Of a DNA stretch of 64,000 bases, positions 1 to 12,345 are shown piece after piece. Under the pieces are notes generated by a model that ran no database searches, was not told where the DNA came from, and was given only the letters and a program-made list of their open reading frames with translations. Position 1 is the stretch's first letter; every line of letters begins with the position of its first letter. Source of the DNA: Mobula hypostoma (taxonomy: Eukaryota); the NCBI RefSeq assembly GCF_963921235.1, contig NC_086108.1, forward strand, positions 11,408,001-11,472,000, read 5' to 3'. Made by a program: the position numbers and the translations under genes.

Positions 1-490
1 CAACCTCTGCTTTAAATATACCCAATGACTTGGCTTCCACAGGCATCTGTGGCAATGAATTCCACAGATTCACTGCCTCTGGCTGAAGAAATTCCTCTTC
101 ATCTCTATTCTCAAGGGACCTCCCTCTATTCTGAGGCTGTGTCCTCTGTTCCTAGACTTTCCCACCAAAGGAAACATCCTCTCTACATGCACTCTATAAA
201 GGCCTTTCACCATTCAATAGGTTTCAATGAGACGTCCCCTCATTCTTCTAAATTCAAGTGAGTGCAGGCTCAGGGCCATCAAGTGTTACTCAGATTTTAA
301 CCTTTTCATTCCCAGGATCATTCTTGTCAACTTCCTCCAGACATTCTCCAATGTCAGCACACCTTTTCTTCGATAGGGGGCACAAAATTTCTCCTAATAC
401 TCCAAGTGTTGTCTGGTCAATGCTTTACACAACCTCAGCGTTGCATCCTTGCTTTTATATTCTAGTCCTCTTGACTATGTCTAACATTCC
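1..490 (-). mobile_element. CR1-clade LINE 3' fragment (decayed)
   Basis: Reverse complement resembles the CR1 ORF2 C-terminus; near-identical wording recurs at 8620-8900 and 61980-62090. Confidence 0.75.
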
Positions 491-639
491 CCGCCTGAAA
501 TCCTTCATCAGTTCTCTCTCAGTTCTAAGTGATCATTTCTGATGTCCTGGCGCCAGGATCAACATCAGCAAAGTAGACTGCCTTCTCTTTGGTATGTGCT
601 GTGGTCATGGGATCTTGCTGTGCTAAATTCATTCATTTA

Positions 640-928
640 GAGAGACAGCGTGGAATAAACCCTTCTGCCCCTTTGAGCTGTGCTGTCCCAGAAACCCCCG
701 GCAAACGCAATTTAACCCTAACCCTATCACAGGTCAATTTACAACGATCAATTAAACTACCCAGGCTGTCTTTGGACTGTGGGAGGAAACTGGAGCACGC
801 GGGGGAAACCATGCACTCCACAGGAAGGGCGTACAGACTCCTTGCAGAAGACGCCGGAACTGAGCGCTGACCTCCGGCACCCTGAGCTGTAATTACCTCA
901 CAGTAAAACTACAACGCTACTGTGGCGC
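640..928 (-). mobile_element. V-SINE (HE1-like tRNA-derived SINE)
   Basis: Reverse complement contains the V-domain-like GGTTTCC..GTGCTCCAGTTTCCTCCCACAGTCCAAAGAC and a tRNA-like head at about 850-928. Confidence 0.75.
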
Positions 929-1296
929 TCCTGCCCTAGCGACAGCCGGTGAAATCAGTTCAGAACTAGATCACTGTATTAGAGCACAGAACATAGAACA
1001 CTAGAGCACAGTACAAGCCCTTCGGCCCACAATGCTGTGCCAACCTTTTAATCTACTCTAAGATCAATCTAACCTTCCCTCCCATATAATCCTTCAGCTT
1101 TCATGGAACATGGAATATCAGACATAGTCAATAGGACTAGAATATAAAAGCAGGGATGTAGTGCTTTATAAGTCATTGGTCAGACCGCTCTTCAAGTATT
1201 GCGAGCAGTTGTGTGCTGATCTAAGAAAGGATGTGCTGTCATTAGGGAGGGTTCAGAGGAGGTTGATAAGGATGATTCCAATTTTCTATCATCCAG

Positions 1297-1540
1297 GTGC
1301 CTATCCAACGTAACTTCATTGGACATGTGATTCGGAAAGAGGAGTTAGAATGCACGGTAATTATGGGAAGGATTGAAGGGAAGAAAGCAAGAGGAAGACA
1401 AAGACGAATGATGACGGAGACAACAGCCAGAGAACTGGAAATGAATACGGATGAATTGATCCACTTGACCCGAAACAGGAGTGCGTGGGCCATGGCAGTC
1501 AAAGCTCAAACTGGGCACGGCACCTGATGATGATGATGAT
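1297..1540 (+). mobile_element. RTE-clade LINE 3' end fragment
   Basis: Peptide FIGHVIRKEELECTVIMGRIEGKKARGRQR is typical of an RTE ORF C-terminus; it is followed by a (TGA)n tail. Confidence 0.8.
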
Positions 1541-2212
1541 CATGTGCCTATCAAAGAGTTTCTGAAATTTCCCTAATGTGTCTGCCCTTGGCAGGGCGTT
1601 CCACACATCCACCACTGTCTGTGTAAAGAACTTACCTCTTAGCTTTGTTTTGGAGAACTCGGGGAACTGCGGAGGAGCTTACTGATGAGACAGACTTTGT
1701 CATTACTGGATCTTACATGACTGGGAATTGGCTGGTGAGTAATGTAACCCATGCTGTCTCAGTGTGAGGGTCATGGGGCAATGTCTCGTTCAAGCAGAAA
1801 CTGGGTGTCAGAATAATCAGCATGGACTTTGGGATTTGCTGAACTGAAACCAGGAGGGTGAGCGGGGTGGGAAGCTCTCAAAGCCCTTCCTGTTCCTGAC
1901 TGCAGGCAGCACCAAGATCATTTGGTGCAGGAGCCTCAGGTCCCACACCACCAGGTTCAGGAACAGTTATTACCCCACAACTGCCAGGCTCCTGAACCAG
2001 TGTGGATAACTTCACTCACCTCAGCACTGAACTGATTCCACAACCTACAGACTCACTTTCAAAGATTCCATAATTAGTGTTCTCAGTATTATTTATTTAC
2101 TGATTCATTCATTTATTTATTTATTGTATTTGCATGGTTTGTCATTCTCTGTGTGTAGTTTTCCATTGACAGTGATTCAAGTTTTGAGATTGTTTAATGT
2201 CACTTCCAGTAC

Positions 2213-5200
2213 GGCACTGCTGCAGTGGCCTTTTGGACCTGGTGATACTTTAATTTAATTATTTAATTTAATTTTAAGGTACAATTTTTGATTAGGGCAC
2301 ATGGATAACAGAGCGACTATCTACCATCGCCAGATACTGCTACAGTACAGAGATCGTCCAAAAACAAGCCTTCATGAAGATCTGCTGGCTAAATTATGCA
2401 ACCTCGGCTCGCTGAGGGGATCGGGCCTACAGTCCTCGGAGTCGCCTGATGCCGGTGGCCGGAGGTGGAGACGTCGTAAGCGGTGTGCGAGGAAGCGGAA
2501 GCGAGGCAAGCGAGCAGGAGTCTGTGCCAGGAAAAAAGCAAACCCTAGCTGGCTGGCTCTCCAATGTCCGCTCCCTGGACAATAAATTGGACTGCATCCT
2601 ACTCCAATGAAATACTCGGCAGGAGTACAGAGTCTGCTGTGTGTATGTTTTCACGGAAACGTGGCTCACCGACGGAATCCCAGACGTAGCCATTCAGCTG
2701 GACGGGCTCGTCTTGTGTCGAGCAGACAGAGGTGCAGCTCTTTCCAGTAAGACTCGCGGTGGTGGCTTGTGTGTTTACAGCAATACGGAATGGTGCAAGA
2801 ACTCTGCTGGTTTCCAGATACTGCTCATCGCTAGTGGAGCTTGTGACTGGTAGATGCAGACCATTTTATTTGCCACGGGAGTTCACCACTGTCCTTATAG
2901 TCGATGTCTACATTCCCCCCAGCGCTAATGCTAAGGAGGTGCTCTGTGAACTGTATGGGGCTATTAGCGAACTGCAGAACGCACACCCTGGTGGACTGTT
3001 TATTGTCGCCGGAGATTTTAGCCACGCGGACCTTAAGTCAGTGCTCCCCAAATTCCATTAGAATGTGGACTTTTCAACGAGAGGGGAGAACACTTTAGAT
3101 CTTGTTTACATAATTATTCTTGACATGTACCAGGCAGAGCCACGCCCCCACCTCTGTTACTCAGACCACATCTCTGTTCTGCTAATCCCAGCATACAGAC
3201 CGCTCGTCAGGCGCTCCAGACCAGTTCTGAAGCAGGTGAAAACCTGGCCAGCAGGAACCATCTCTGCTCTTCAAGACTGCTTTGAGCACACTGACTGACA
3301 CATGTTCAGGGAGGCTGCAACTGATGGTGACTCTACCAGTTTAGAGGAGTACACGTCATCAGTGACTACCGACATCAGCAAGTGCATTGATGACATCACT
3401 GTGGCCAAGACCAGCACTACACGCGCTAACCAGAAGCCATGGATGACCGCGGAGGTGCGTGCGCTGCTGAGGACCCGTGACTCTGCCTTCAGAGCAGGTG
3501 ACAAGGCAGCCCTAACAACAGCGAGGGCCAAACTGTCCTGGGCCATCAGAGAGGCAAAGCGTGCACACGCCCAACGAATCCACAGCCACTTCCAGGACAA
3601 CGGCGACACGTGGCGCACATGGAGGGGATTCAGGACATCACTAACTACAAGACAACACCACCTGACTGTGCGGGTAATGCCTCCCTCCCAGATGCGCTGA
3701 ACAACTTCTACGTTCATTTTGAGGCAGAAAATGACGTGGCGGTGAGGAAGACCACCCCTCCTCCAAATGACCAGGTGCTGTGTCTTACCGTGGCCGATGT
3801 GAGGAGAACCCTGTGCAGGGTCAACCCACGGAAGGCTGCTGGACCAGACAATATTCCTGGCAGAGTGCTTAGAGGATGTGCAGACCAGCTAGCTGAGATT
3901 CTCACTGACATCTTCAACATCTCCCTGAGCAGTGCCGTCGTTCCTATGTGCTTCAAGGTTGCTACCATTGTCCCCGTGCCGAAGAAGTCTTCAGTGTCCT
4001 GCCTGAACGACTACCATCCCGTTTCACTCACAGCCATCATCATCATCGAGAGGCTCGTCATGAGGCACATCAAGACCCTGATGACCCCTCACTAGACACC
4101 GTCCCAACCATTCAACAGAGAATGCCATTGCCATAACCCTCCACCTGGCCCTAACCCACCTGGACAAAAAAGACATGTACGTTCGAATGTTGATCATAGT
4201 CTTCAATTCAGCATTCAACACAATCATTCCTCAGCACCTGACTGGAAAGCTGAAACTGCTGGTTCTGAACACCTCCCTCTGCCACTGGATTCTAGACTTC
4301 CTGACTGGGAGACCTCAGTCAGTCCGGATTGGAAGCAGCATCTCCAACACCATCACACTGAGCACGGGGGCCCCCCAGGGCTGTGTGTTCAGTCCACTGC
4401 TGTTCACTCTGCTGACCCATGACTGTGCTGCAACGCACAGCTCGAACCACATCATCACGTTCGCCGATGACACAACCGTGGGGGGGTCTCATCAGCAAGA
4501 ACGATGAATCAGCATACAGACAGGAGATGCAGTGGCTAACAGACTGGTGCAGAGCCAACAACCTGTCTCTGAATGTGAACAAAACAAAAGAGATGGTTGT
4601 TGACTTCAGGAGGACACGGAGCGACCACTCTCCACTGAACATCAACGACTCCTCCATAGAGATCATTAAGAGCACCAAATTTCTTGGTGTTCACCTGGTG
4701 GAGAATCTCACCTGGTCCCTCAACACCAGCTCCATAGCAAAGAAAGCCCAGCAGCATCTCTACTTTCTGCGAAGGCTGAGAAAAGTCCATCTCCTACCCC
4801 CCATCCTCACCACATTCTACAGAGGTTGTATTGAGAGCATCCTGAGCAGCTGCATCACGGCCTGGTTTGGAAATTGCACCATCTCGGATCGCAAGACCCT
4901 GCAGCGGATGGTGAGGTCAGCTGAGAAGATCATCGGGGTCTCTCTTCCCACCATTACAGACATTTACACCACATGCTGCATCCGTAAAGCAAACAGCATT
5001 ATGAAGGACCTCACGCACCCCTCATACAAACTCTTCTCCCTCTTGCCACCTGGCAAAAGGCACCGAAGTATTCGGGCTCTCACGACCAGACTATGTAACA
5101 GTTTCTTCCCCTAAGCCATCAGACTCCTCAATACCCAGAGCCTGGACTGACACCAACCTACTGCCCTCTACTGTGCCTATTGTCTTGTTTATTATTTATT

Positions 5201-5408
5201 GTAATGCCTGCACTGTTTTGTGCACTTTATGCAGTCCTGGGTAGGTCTGCAGTCTAGTGTAGTTTTTGTGTTGCTTTACGTAGTTCAGTGTAGTTTTTGT
5301 ATTGTTTCACGTAGCACCATGGCCCTGAAAAACGTCTCCTTTTTACTGTGTACTGTACCAGCAGTTATGGTCAAAATGACAATAAAAAGTGACTTGACTT
5401 GACTTGAC
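2213..5408 (+). mobile_element. Near-full-length Rex1/Babar-clade LINE, frameshifted
   Basis: APE endonuclease (FTETWL, VYIPP, GDFSH, SDH), RT ([20 protein letters not shown]) and C-terminal HPSYKLFSLLPPGKR; AATAAA plus (GACTT)n tail; flanked by a 77-bp duplication. Confidence 0.92.
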
Positions 5409-5485
5409 GGTTTGTCATTCTCTGTGTGTAGTTTTCCATTGACAGTGATTCAAGTTTCGAGATTGTTTAATGTCATTTCCAGTAC

Positions 5486-6125
5486 ACAAGTATATAGGGG
5501 AATAAAAATAACTGTTACTCCAGATCCGACGCAGCATAACAAAAATTACAATATGACAAAGACCGCATTAATAATAAACACAACAGATATGAATACAACA
5601 GATAGCTTATATACATCATTAGTTTGATGTCCATAAAGTAACGCTAGGCACAGGAGTGTCTGTACGTCAGGTCACTCTGAAAGGAAATGTTAAAGTAGGG
5701 ACAAAGGAAATGATAAAGAAGGGGAGGGTTAGTGGATAGAGGTGTCGATCAGCCTTACTGCTTGGGGGAAGTAACTGTTTATGAGTCTGTTGGTCTTGGC
5801 GTGGATGCTACGTAGCCTCCTCCCGGTTGGGAGTGGGACAAACAGTCCATGAGCAGGGTGGCTGGGATCCTTCACTGACCCTTTTCCAGCACCTTCCATG
5901 GGGAGTAAGCTGGTGCTGGCGAGGTTTGTTTTAACCACCCATTGTGGAGTCCACTGCAGTGCAGTTTCCATACCAAACAGTGATGTAGCTTGTTAGGTAG
6001 GTCTCTACTGCACAGCTGTAGAATGGTGTGAGTATAGATGTGCGTAGTCCAGTTCTCTCTAATGCCCCCTTATAATGTAGAGGCCTTGGTGAGCTTTCCT
6101 GATTGTGTAGGATGTGTTCTGAGAC
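5486..6125 (-). mobile_element. Rex-Babar LINE 3' fragment
   Basis: DPSHPAHGLFVPLPTGRRLRSIHAKTNRLINSYFPQAVRL in ORF 5729-5971. Confidence 0.8.
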
Positions 6126-7021
6126 CTTGTTTGAGTTTCCTTGTACTTACAATGAACTGCCTGTAAGAATCTCAAAGTTGTATAATGTAAATAGATTTTT
6201 CACTTTTAGATCTGTTTTTCCCCTTAAATGTGTTTCTGGGACTGTTAGAGCCTACAGTTTGCAGCTTGGAAATCATTTTCCAGGCTCCGAGAAGATTCCG
6301 GAAAGCGAGCGCGTACTCGGACAGCCTCAATGCGAAAGAACTTCAAGACAGAATGCGGGCCAAGGTTTGACTTCGTTTTGTTGTTTAAAGCGCCAGCGTT
6401 GAGGAAGACTGAGACGTCGAGGTGAATGCAGAAGGTGAGTGAGAGCGTCAGCGCTGACGGCCTGTCTTTTGATGGCTGCGGAGAAGGAGTCTGTGAGGGG
6501 CCTATCGCTGTGTGGCTCGCTGCGGCAGGCAGCTAGGCCTCTCTACCTCCTGTGCTGTCCCCCACTTTCGATGAACGTCAGTGATATTGTAGGACGGGAG
6601 CTTGGTTCAGCGTTTATGGGTTGGACTATTGCATTTATGAACTGTGGCCATTTTCAGACTTTTGGTCTTTACATTCTGATTTTCTATCGCAGTTCTTTTT
6701 CCGTTTTGTTGTGTGAGGGGAGGGGGTTGATGTCCTGTTGTGTTCTGTCAGTTTTTTGTGTGGGGGAGGGGTTGTTTTTGGTGGTTGGTGTTCCGTTCCA
6801 TTTTGTGTGGGGGGAGGTTGATGATTGGGATGCCGTTTGTTTCTTATGGTGGGGGGGTTGATGTTTCTCTATGAGCGACTCTCACATCCTTTCTTTGTTT
6901 CAAGTCTATCTGGAGAAGACAAATTTCAGAGTTGTTTATGGATACATGCTTTGATAATGAATGAACCTTTGATTCTTTGATCCTTTGACATACTTTGATA
7001 ATAAATATGCTTTATATGTTT

Positions 7022-7646
7022 GGGAGGAGAAGATGGCGGCGTGATGCAGCGCGCACAGCTCTCCGGTGAAATGATATCGTATTTGTAAGTAGGATGCCGT
7101 GCACAATTCTGATTTGATGGAGACAGACATGAGGAGGCACAGAGGAACATCTGGAGAAACTTCTGAAATACCCGGTTCGCTGCCGCTGCTACTGTGCGAT
7201 CGAGAATCTCCGGCAGGAAGGCCCCAAATCCTCGGCTTTGCCTGCCGCTGGCAGCCAGGGCTGGGGTCGAAGTGCTCGGCAGAGATGATGCTCAGTGCTC
7301 GGTGTCGGAGGGCTGGTCGGAGGCTCGAAGTTTTCGGATGACTCAGAGTCGGACTGTGGTCGGGCATGGCAGGGAGAGTTTTCTTCCTTCTCCCGTCTGC
7401 GCGAGATGTGGGACTTCCGAGACACTTTGAACTTTTTTTTACCGTGCCATGGCCTGTTCTTCATCAAGTTATGGTATTGTTGCACTGTCGTAACTATATG
7501 TTATAATTATGTGGTTTTTGTCAGTTTTTCTGTCTTGGTCTGTCCTGTGTTTCTGTGATATCACACCAGAGGAATATTGTATCATTTCTTAATGCATGCA
7601 TTACTAAATGACAATAAAAAAGGACTGCGTGTCCTCATAATCTAAT
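7022..7646 (+). mobile_element. ~620-bp non-coding non-autonomous retroelement, copy 1
   Basis: Starts GGGAGGAGAAGATGGCGGC; ends GACAATAAA...CATAATCTAAT; colinear with copies at 9583-10205 and 43620-44240. Confidence 0.85.
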
Positions 7647-8364
7647 ATAGTAATAAACTTTGAACTTATTTCCATGAAAATTGGGCTAATTGGGCATAAA
7701 TGTACTGGTCCCAATGTGTCTCCATTAACCAGAATCCATTACATATGGTGACAAATATGCACTTTGATAATAAATTTACTTTGAATTTTGAACCTTCATT
7801 GTATCCAGACACTGATTCATACAGAGAGTTTATCAGCTGTGATGTGGGCAACCCCTTTGCCTTGGATTGGAAACACTGCCTCTAAAAACCACATTATATT
7901 CTTCAGATGAACAGTTTATGAATTAAGTTTAATTAAATTGTGAGCTTTAAGTCGTTTTTTATCTTAATGTATGTAAAAATTTAGAAAATCGCTTTTAAAG
8001 GATGTCTACTTTTTGTATCTATGAGGTTATCCATTTAATTAATACAATTAATCAGACCACTTTGGACATCCGTCTTCAGTCAGAATTAATTTTTTTTTGC
8101 CGTTAATGCTGTGTCATGGAAGCAACATTCAAGCTGAAGGGCTTGCTGGAAACTAACTCGCTCTGCCCCTTTGCAGAGGTTCGTGGGTTCAAGTCTCACT
8201 CTGGAGGAATGGTCAGCAAAATCTCAGTGACATTCCCGTGCAGAACCGGGGGATTTCTGCAATATCGGGAGGAGGGGCATTCTTTGAATGAGACCGCAGA
8301 TGTCATTAACTGAGGGATGTTGGGATCCAAGCTCATAACTCACTGAAAGTGTCCACATACGTCC

Positions 8365-8900
8365 ATAAGACCATAAGACATAGGAACAGAATTAGGCTAT
8401 TCTTGCAGACAGTGGTGGGAATTCAACCATTTTCCATTTGGGAATGTATAGAACGTTGGAAGGTGGTAACCAAAGAACCATAAAACCGTACGACATAGGA
8501 GCAGAATTAGGCTATTCGGCCCATCAAGTCTGCTCTGCCATTCCAGCATGGATGAACTATTATCCCTCTCCACCGCATTCTCCTATCTTCTCCCGTAACC
8601 TTTCACACCCTGACTTATCAAGAATCTATCGACCTCTGCTTTAAATATACCCAGTGACCTGAACTCCACAGCCGTTTGTGACAACAAATTCCACAGATTC
8701 ACCACCTTCTAGCTAAATAAATTTTCCTCATCTCTTTTCGAAATGGTTGTCCCTCAATTCTGAGGCTGTGTCCTCTGGTCCTAGACTCCTCTACTATAGG
8801 AAACATCCTCTTCACGTCCACTCTATCTGCCTTTCAATATTCGATAAGTATCAATGAGCTCCCCCCACCCCCATTCTTCTAAACTCCAGTGAGTACAAGG
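8365..8900 (-). mobile_element. CR1 LINE 3' fragment(s)
   Basis: (CATAAGA)n-type tail and a CR1 3' UTR/ORF2 end (GELIDTYRILKG). Confidence 0.75.
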
Positions 8901-9582
8901 TAGCACACACAAAATGCTGGAGTGGATGTTGTATGGTGGAAGTTTCGGGCCAAGACCCTGCTTCAGGACTGAGAAAGAAGGGGGAAGGTGGCAGTTGAAA
9001 AGTTGGGGGAGGGGAAGAGTGATAGTTGAAGCTAGGTGGGTGGCAAGGGTCAACAGCTGGAGAAGAAAGAATCTGATGGGAGTTTCCTTCTCAGTCTGGA
9101 AGAAGAGTCTCAGTGGTATAACTGGGTGGGCAGGCTGGACTCGTCAGTCTTGGTTAGCCTATGAGAAGGACAACTTCGAATCTCAACCCAGGACGGTGGG
9201 ACTCATTAGCCTTGCCAGGCAGTCTGACTAGAAGAGGGAAATCTCTGGCTTGCGTGCCTCAATGACCTGCTGGAACCTGGGGCTTCATGCTTTGGTTCTT
9301 GGTCAAGTCATCCTTGCAAAACAGGACAAAGGGTAAAGGCCAGACTAAGAGCGGTCCACCAGTCCTCCGGGTTCGGTGGTTCAGCTGAGCACTAACAGCC
9401 CTGACTGGTCAAACAAAATTGTTATGGAAACAGCAATGAAGGATACTTCTACATCTGAGTGTAACAGTATTCCTGAGTCTCCACATGGGACTTGCATAAT
9501 TGACAGTTGTGAAAACCAAGAGAATATTAATGGACACGAAGAAGGAATCCCTGAACACCACCAGATATGGAGGACCTTCATG

Positions 9583-10205
9583 AGATTAGATTATGAGGAC
9601 ACGCAGTCCTCTTTTATTGTCATTTAGTAATGCATGCATTAAGAAATGATACGATATTCCTCCGGTGTGATATCACAAAAACACAGGACAGACCAAGACT
9701 GAAAAATTAACAAAAACCATATAATTATAACATATAGTTACAACAGTGCAACAATACCCTAACTTGATGAAGAACAGGCCATGGCACAGTAAAAAAGTTC
9801 AAAGTCTCTCAAATGTCCCACATCTCACACAGATGGGAGAAGGAAGAAAACTCTCCCTGCCATGTCGACCACAATCCGACCCTGAGTCGTCCAAAAACTT
9901 CGAGCCTCCGATCAGCCCTCTGACACCAAGTACTGAGCACCATCTCTATCCGAACGATTCGACCCAGCCTCGGTCGCCAGCAGCAGGCAAAGCCGGGAAT
10001 TTTGGGGCCTTCCCTCCGGAAGATTCTCGATCGCCCAGTAACAGCGGCAGCGAGCCAGTGTTTCAGAAATTTCTCCAGATGTTCTTCTGGGCTTTCACGT
10101 CTGTCTCCATCAAATCAGAATTGTCCACGGCCCCTATTTAACGGATACAATATCATTTTCACTGGAGAGCTGCTCACGCGCGTTGCGCTGCCATCTTCTC
10201 CTCCC
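9583..10205 (-). mobile_element. ~620-bp non-autonomous retroelement, copy 2
   Basis: Reverse complement of 7022-7646 over its full length. Confidence 0.85.
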
Positions 10206-10215
10206 ACCTCCCGTC

Positions 10216-10374
10216 CTAAACACAGGCAGTAAGTAAGTATGGGGGGATCTAACTCCTTTCTTTTCTGTTCTAAACACAAGCAGTAAGTAAGTATGGGGGG
10301 ATCTAACTCCTTTCTTTTCTGTTCTAAACACAAGCAGTAAGTAAGTATGGGGGGATCTAACTCCTTTCTTTTCA
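10216..10374 (+). repeat. 54-bp tandem repeat, ~3 copies
   Basis: CTAAACACARGCAGTAAGTAAGTATGGGGGGATCTAACTCCTTTCTTTTCTGTT units start at 10216, 10270 and 10324. Confidence 0.95.
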
Positions 10375-11019
10375 TTCTAGCCTTGTCGACACTTGACCAA
10401 AAGCACAGCAATATTTACTCTCCCTGCTTACCCCTGTCGTTGTCCGGGAACTATCATTTTGACTGACACTGTCAAGGAGCAGTTTTCACTTAATATTTAC
10501 GTAGTTATTGTTTTTGGCGTTAACTTTCATTATGAGAGTTTTAGTTAACAACTCTGTTGGCCTTGTGTTTATAGGATTCCTTTTCCTTTAAATTCTTCAA
10601 CAGTTTTCATTAAAGTCAATGAGCTGCTGACCCACTTTAGTCTCTCTCTCACCTCACTTTGGCCATATCGGATCATTTTGAAACCAGGAATGCTTTTCAG
10701 CGACCCTCCACCCACAGTGGCCCCCCCCCCACCCAACCCCACCACAGCCTCTGGTGACTCATTGCCAAAGCATGAGCTTCACTGTCTATTTTAACACTCA
10801 AGAGTCACACAGCAAGTGTGAGTGTAAGAGTTCTAGATGTTCATGACTGCCACGTGAGGTGCGAGTGTTGGAATAAATATTGACAATCAGTGTGAGAACG
10901 CAGAAGCTGATGGTCTCTTCACTCCTTTGTGTGTACATTTAAACACAGCTATTATGTTGTTGGTGTTAATTGTTGGGGAGGGGAAAGCCATGTGACCCTC
11001 AATGCAGTTGCAATGACCC

Positions 11020-11190
11020 CTGGAACCTGCAGAGACTGGGATCAGGCCTGAAGAGCTCCAGGGTGTCAGCCTCTCTAATCTGGAGAGGCTAGGATCAGGC
11101 CTGCAGAGGCTCCAGGGCATCTGCCTCTGTAACCTGGAGAGGTTGAGATCTGGCCTGCAGAGCTCCAGGGTGTCAGCCTCTGGAACTTGG
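11020..11190. repeat. 53-54-bp diverged tandem repeat, ~3 copies
   Basis: ATCWGGCCTG(C/A)AGAG..CTCCAGGG units start at 11041, 11094 and 11148. Confidence 0.85.
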
Positions 11191-11325
11191 CCCATTCTAA
11201 CATCAGACCCCTCAATCCTCCTTTCTTATGCTGAGCAGTAAGTAGTGAGGAACAGAGTGAATACAATTCCTTGATGGCTAAATCACAATCTACCGAGGGC
11301 TTTGTGAACTCAATAATTCAAGAAC

Positions 11326-11797
11326 ATGCTGACATTGGAAAGGGTTCAAAGGAAGTTTACGAAAATGATTCCGGGATTGAACAGCTTGTCATATGAGGAG
11401 CGTTTGATGGTTCTGGGTCTGAATTCACTGGAATTCAGGAGAATGAGGGGTGACCTCATTGAAACTTACCAAGTGGTGAAAGGCTTTGGTAGAGTGGCTG
11501 TAGAGATGATGTTTTCTATGGTGGGGGAATCTAAGACCAGATGGCAAAGCCTCAGAATAGAGGGACATCCTTTTAGAACGGAGATGAGGACAAATTCCTT
11601 TCGCCAGAGAACGGTGAATCTGTGGAATCTGTGAAGGGAAAGTCTTTATGCATATTTAGGGCAGAGGTTGATAGAGGCATGAAGGGATATGGTGTAGGAG
11701 GAAGGCAGGGGATTGGGACTAAAGGAAAAATGGATCAGCCATGACTTGATGGGCCAAATGGCGTATTCTTTCCTATATCTTATGGTTTTATGGTCTG
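11326..11797 (+). mobile_element. CR1 LINE 3' fragment
   Basis: [32 protein letters not shown]; (TTATGG)n-like tail. Confidence 0.9.
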
Positions 11798-12039
11798 ACA
11801 CAAGGAAAGAGGACCAGGTATGGACAGCTCAATCCCTTGCTTCCTCTTTCCCTTCATTGTGATCACAGCTGATCTGCCCAAAGCCTCATTTCCTTCTCTG
11901 TCTTCCCCATCGAAATCAATCATACTCCCCTTTACCGATCTTTCAGATACCCTTCTCCTCCTTAAATACTCCTAATGATCCAGTTGGCACCACCTTCAGG
12001 GACAGAGAGTTTCAGAGATTCACCCTCCCTCATTCCCCG

Positions 12040-12345
12040 GTGAGAAGGAGGTGAGAGGGGATAGGTTTAAAGGGGATATGTGGGTGACGTTTTTTTTTAC
12101 TCAGAGAGTGGTGGATGCCTGGAATGTGCTGCCTTGTAAGTGGTAGAGGCAACACATTAGAGGCTTTTAAGACTCATTTAGATAAGCACATGAATATGAG
12201 GAAGATGGAGGGATATGGACATCATGTAAGTAGGAGGCATTTTTTTTTGGAGGTTTTTGATTTGCTTTTTAGCTGGGTCAGCACAACATTGTGGACCGAA
12301 GGGCCTGTACCTGTACTCTATTGTTCCATGCTCTATGTTCTGTAT
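12040..12345 (+). mobile_element. CR1 LINE 3' terminal fragment
   Basis: CR1 3' end motifs (ACTCAGAGAGTGGTG, GGACCGAAGGGCCTGT) and a CTATGTT tail. Confidence 0.75.

Larger units (their letters stand above)
9118..10470 (+). mobile_element. RTE-related bipartite non-autonomous element, interrupted by the 620-bp element
   Basis: RTE-like 5' UTR, RTE-like 3' end GGAGGACCTTCAT...GGCAGTAAGTAAG; homologous to 17243-18345 in inverted orientation. Confidence 0.7.

Noticed and set aside
1641..1734. Plus-strand exon candidate ending CTG|GTGAGT
   Set aside because: The acceptor derives from adjacent CR1 sequence and the peptide is not recognisable
6936..7558. Overlapping ORFs in the 620-bp element
   Set aside because: Frames are not preserved among the three copies; GC-rich sequence gives spurious ORFs
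9340..9420. HDV-like ribozyme in the RTE-type 5' UTR (GTCCTCC...CTAAC)
   Set aside because: Could not build the nested double pseudoknot; pairing order is inconsistent by eye
10216..10374. CRISPR-like regular repeats
   Set aside because: Units are contiguous with no unique spacers, there are no cas genes and the context is eukaryotic
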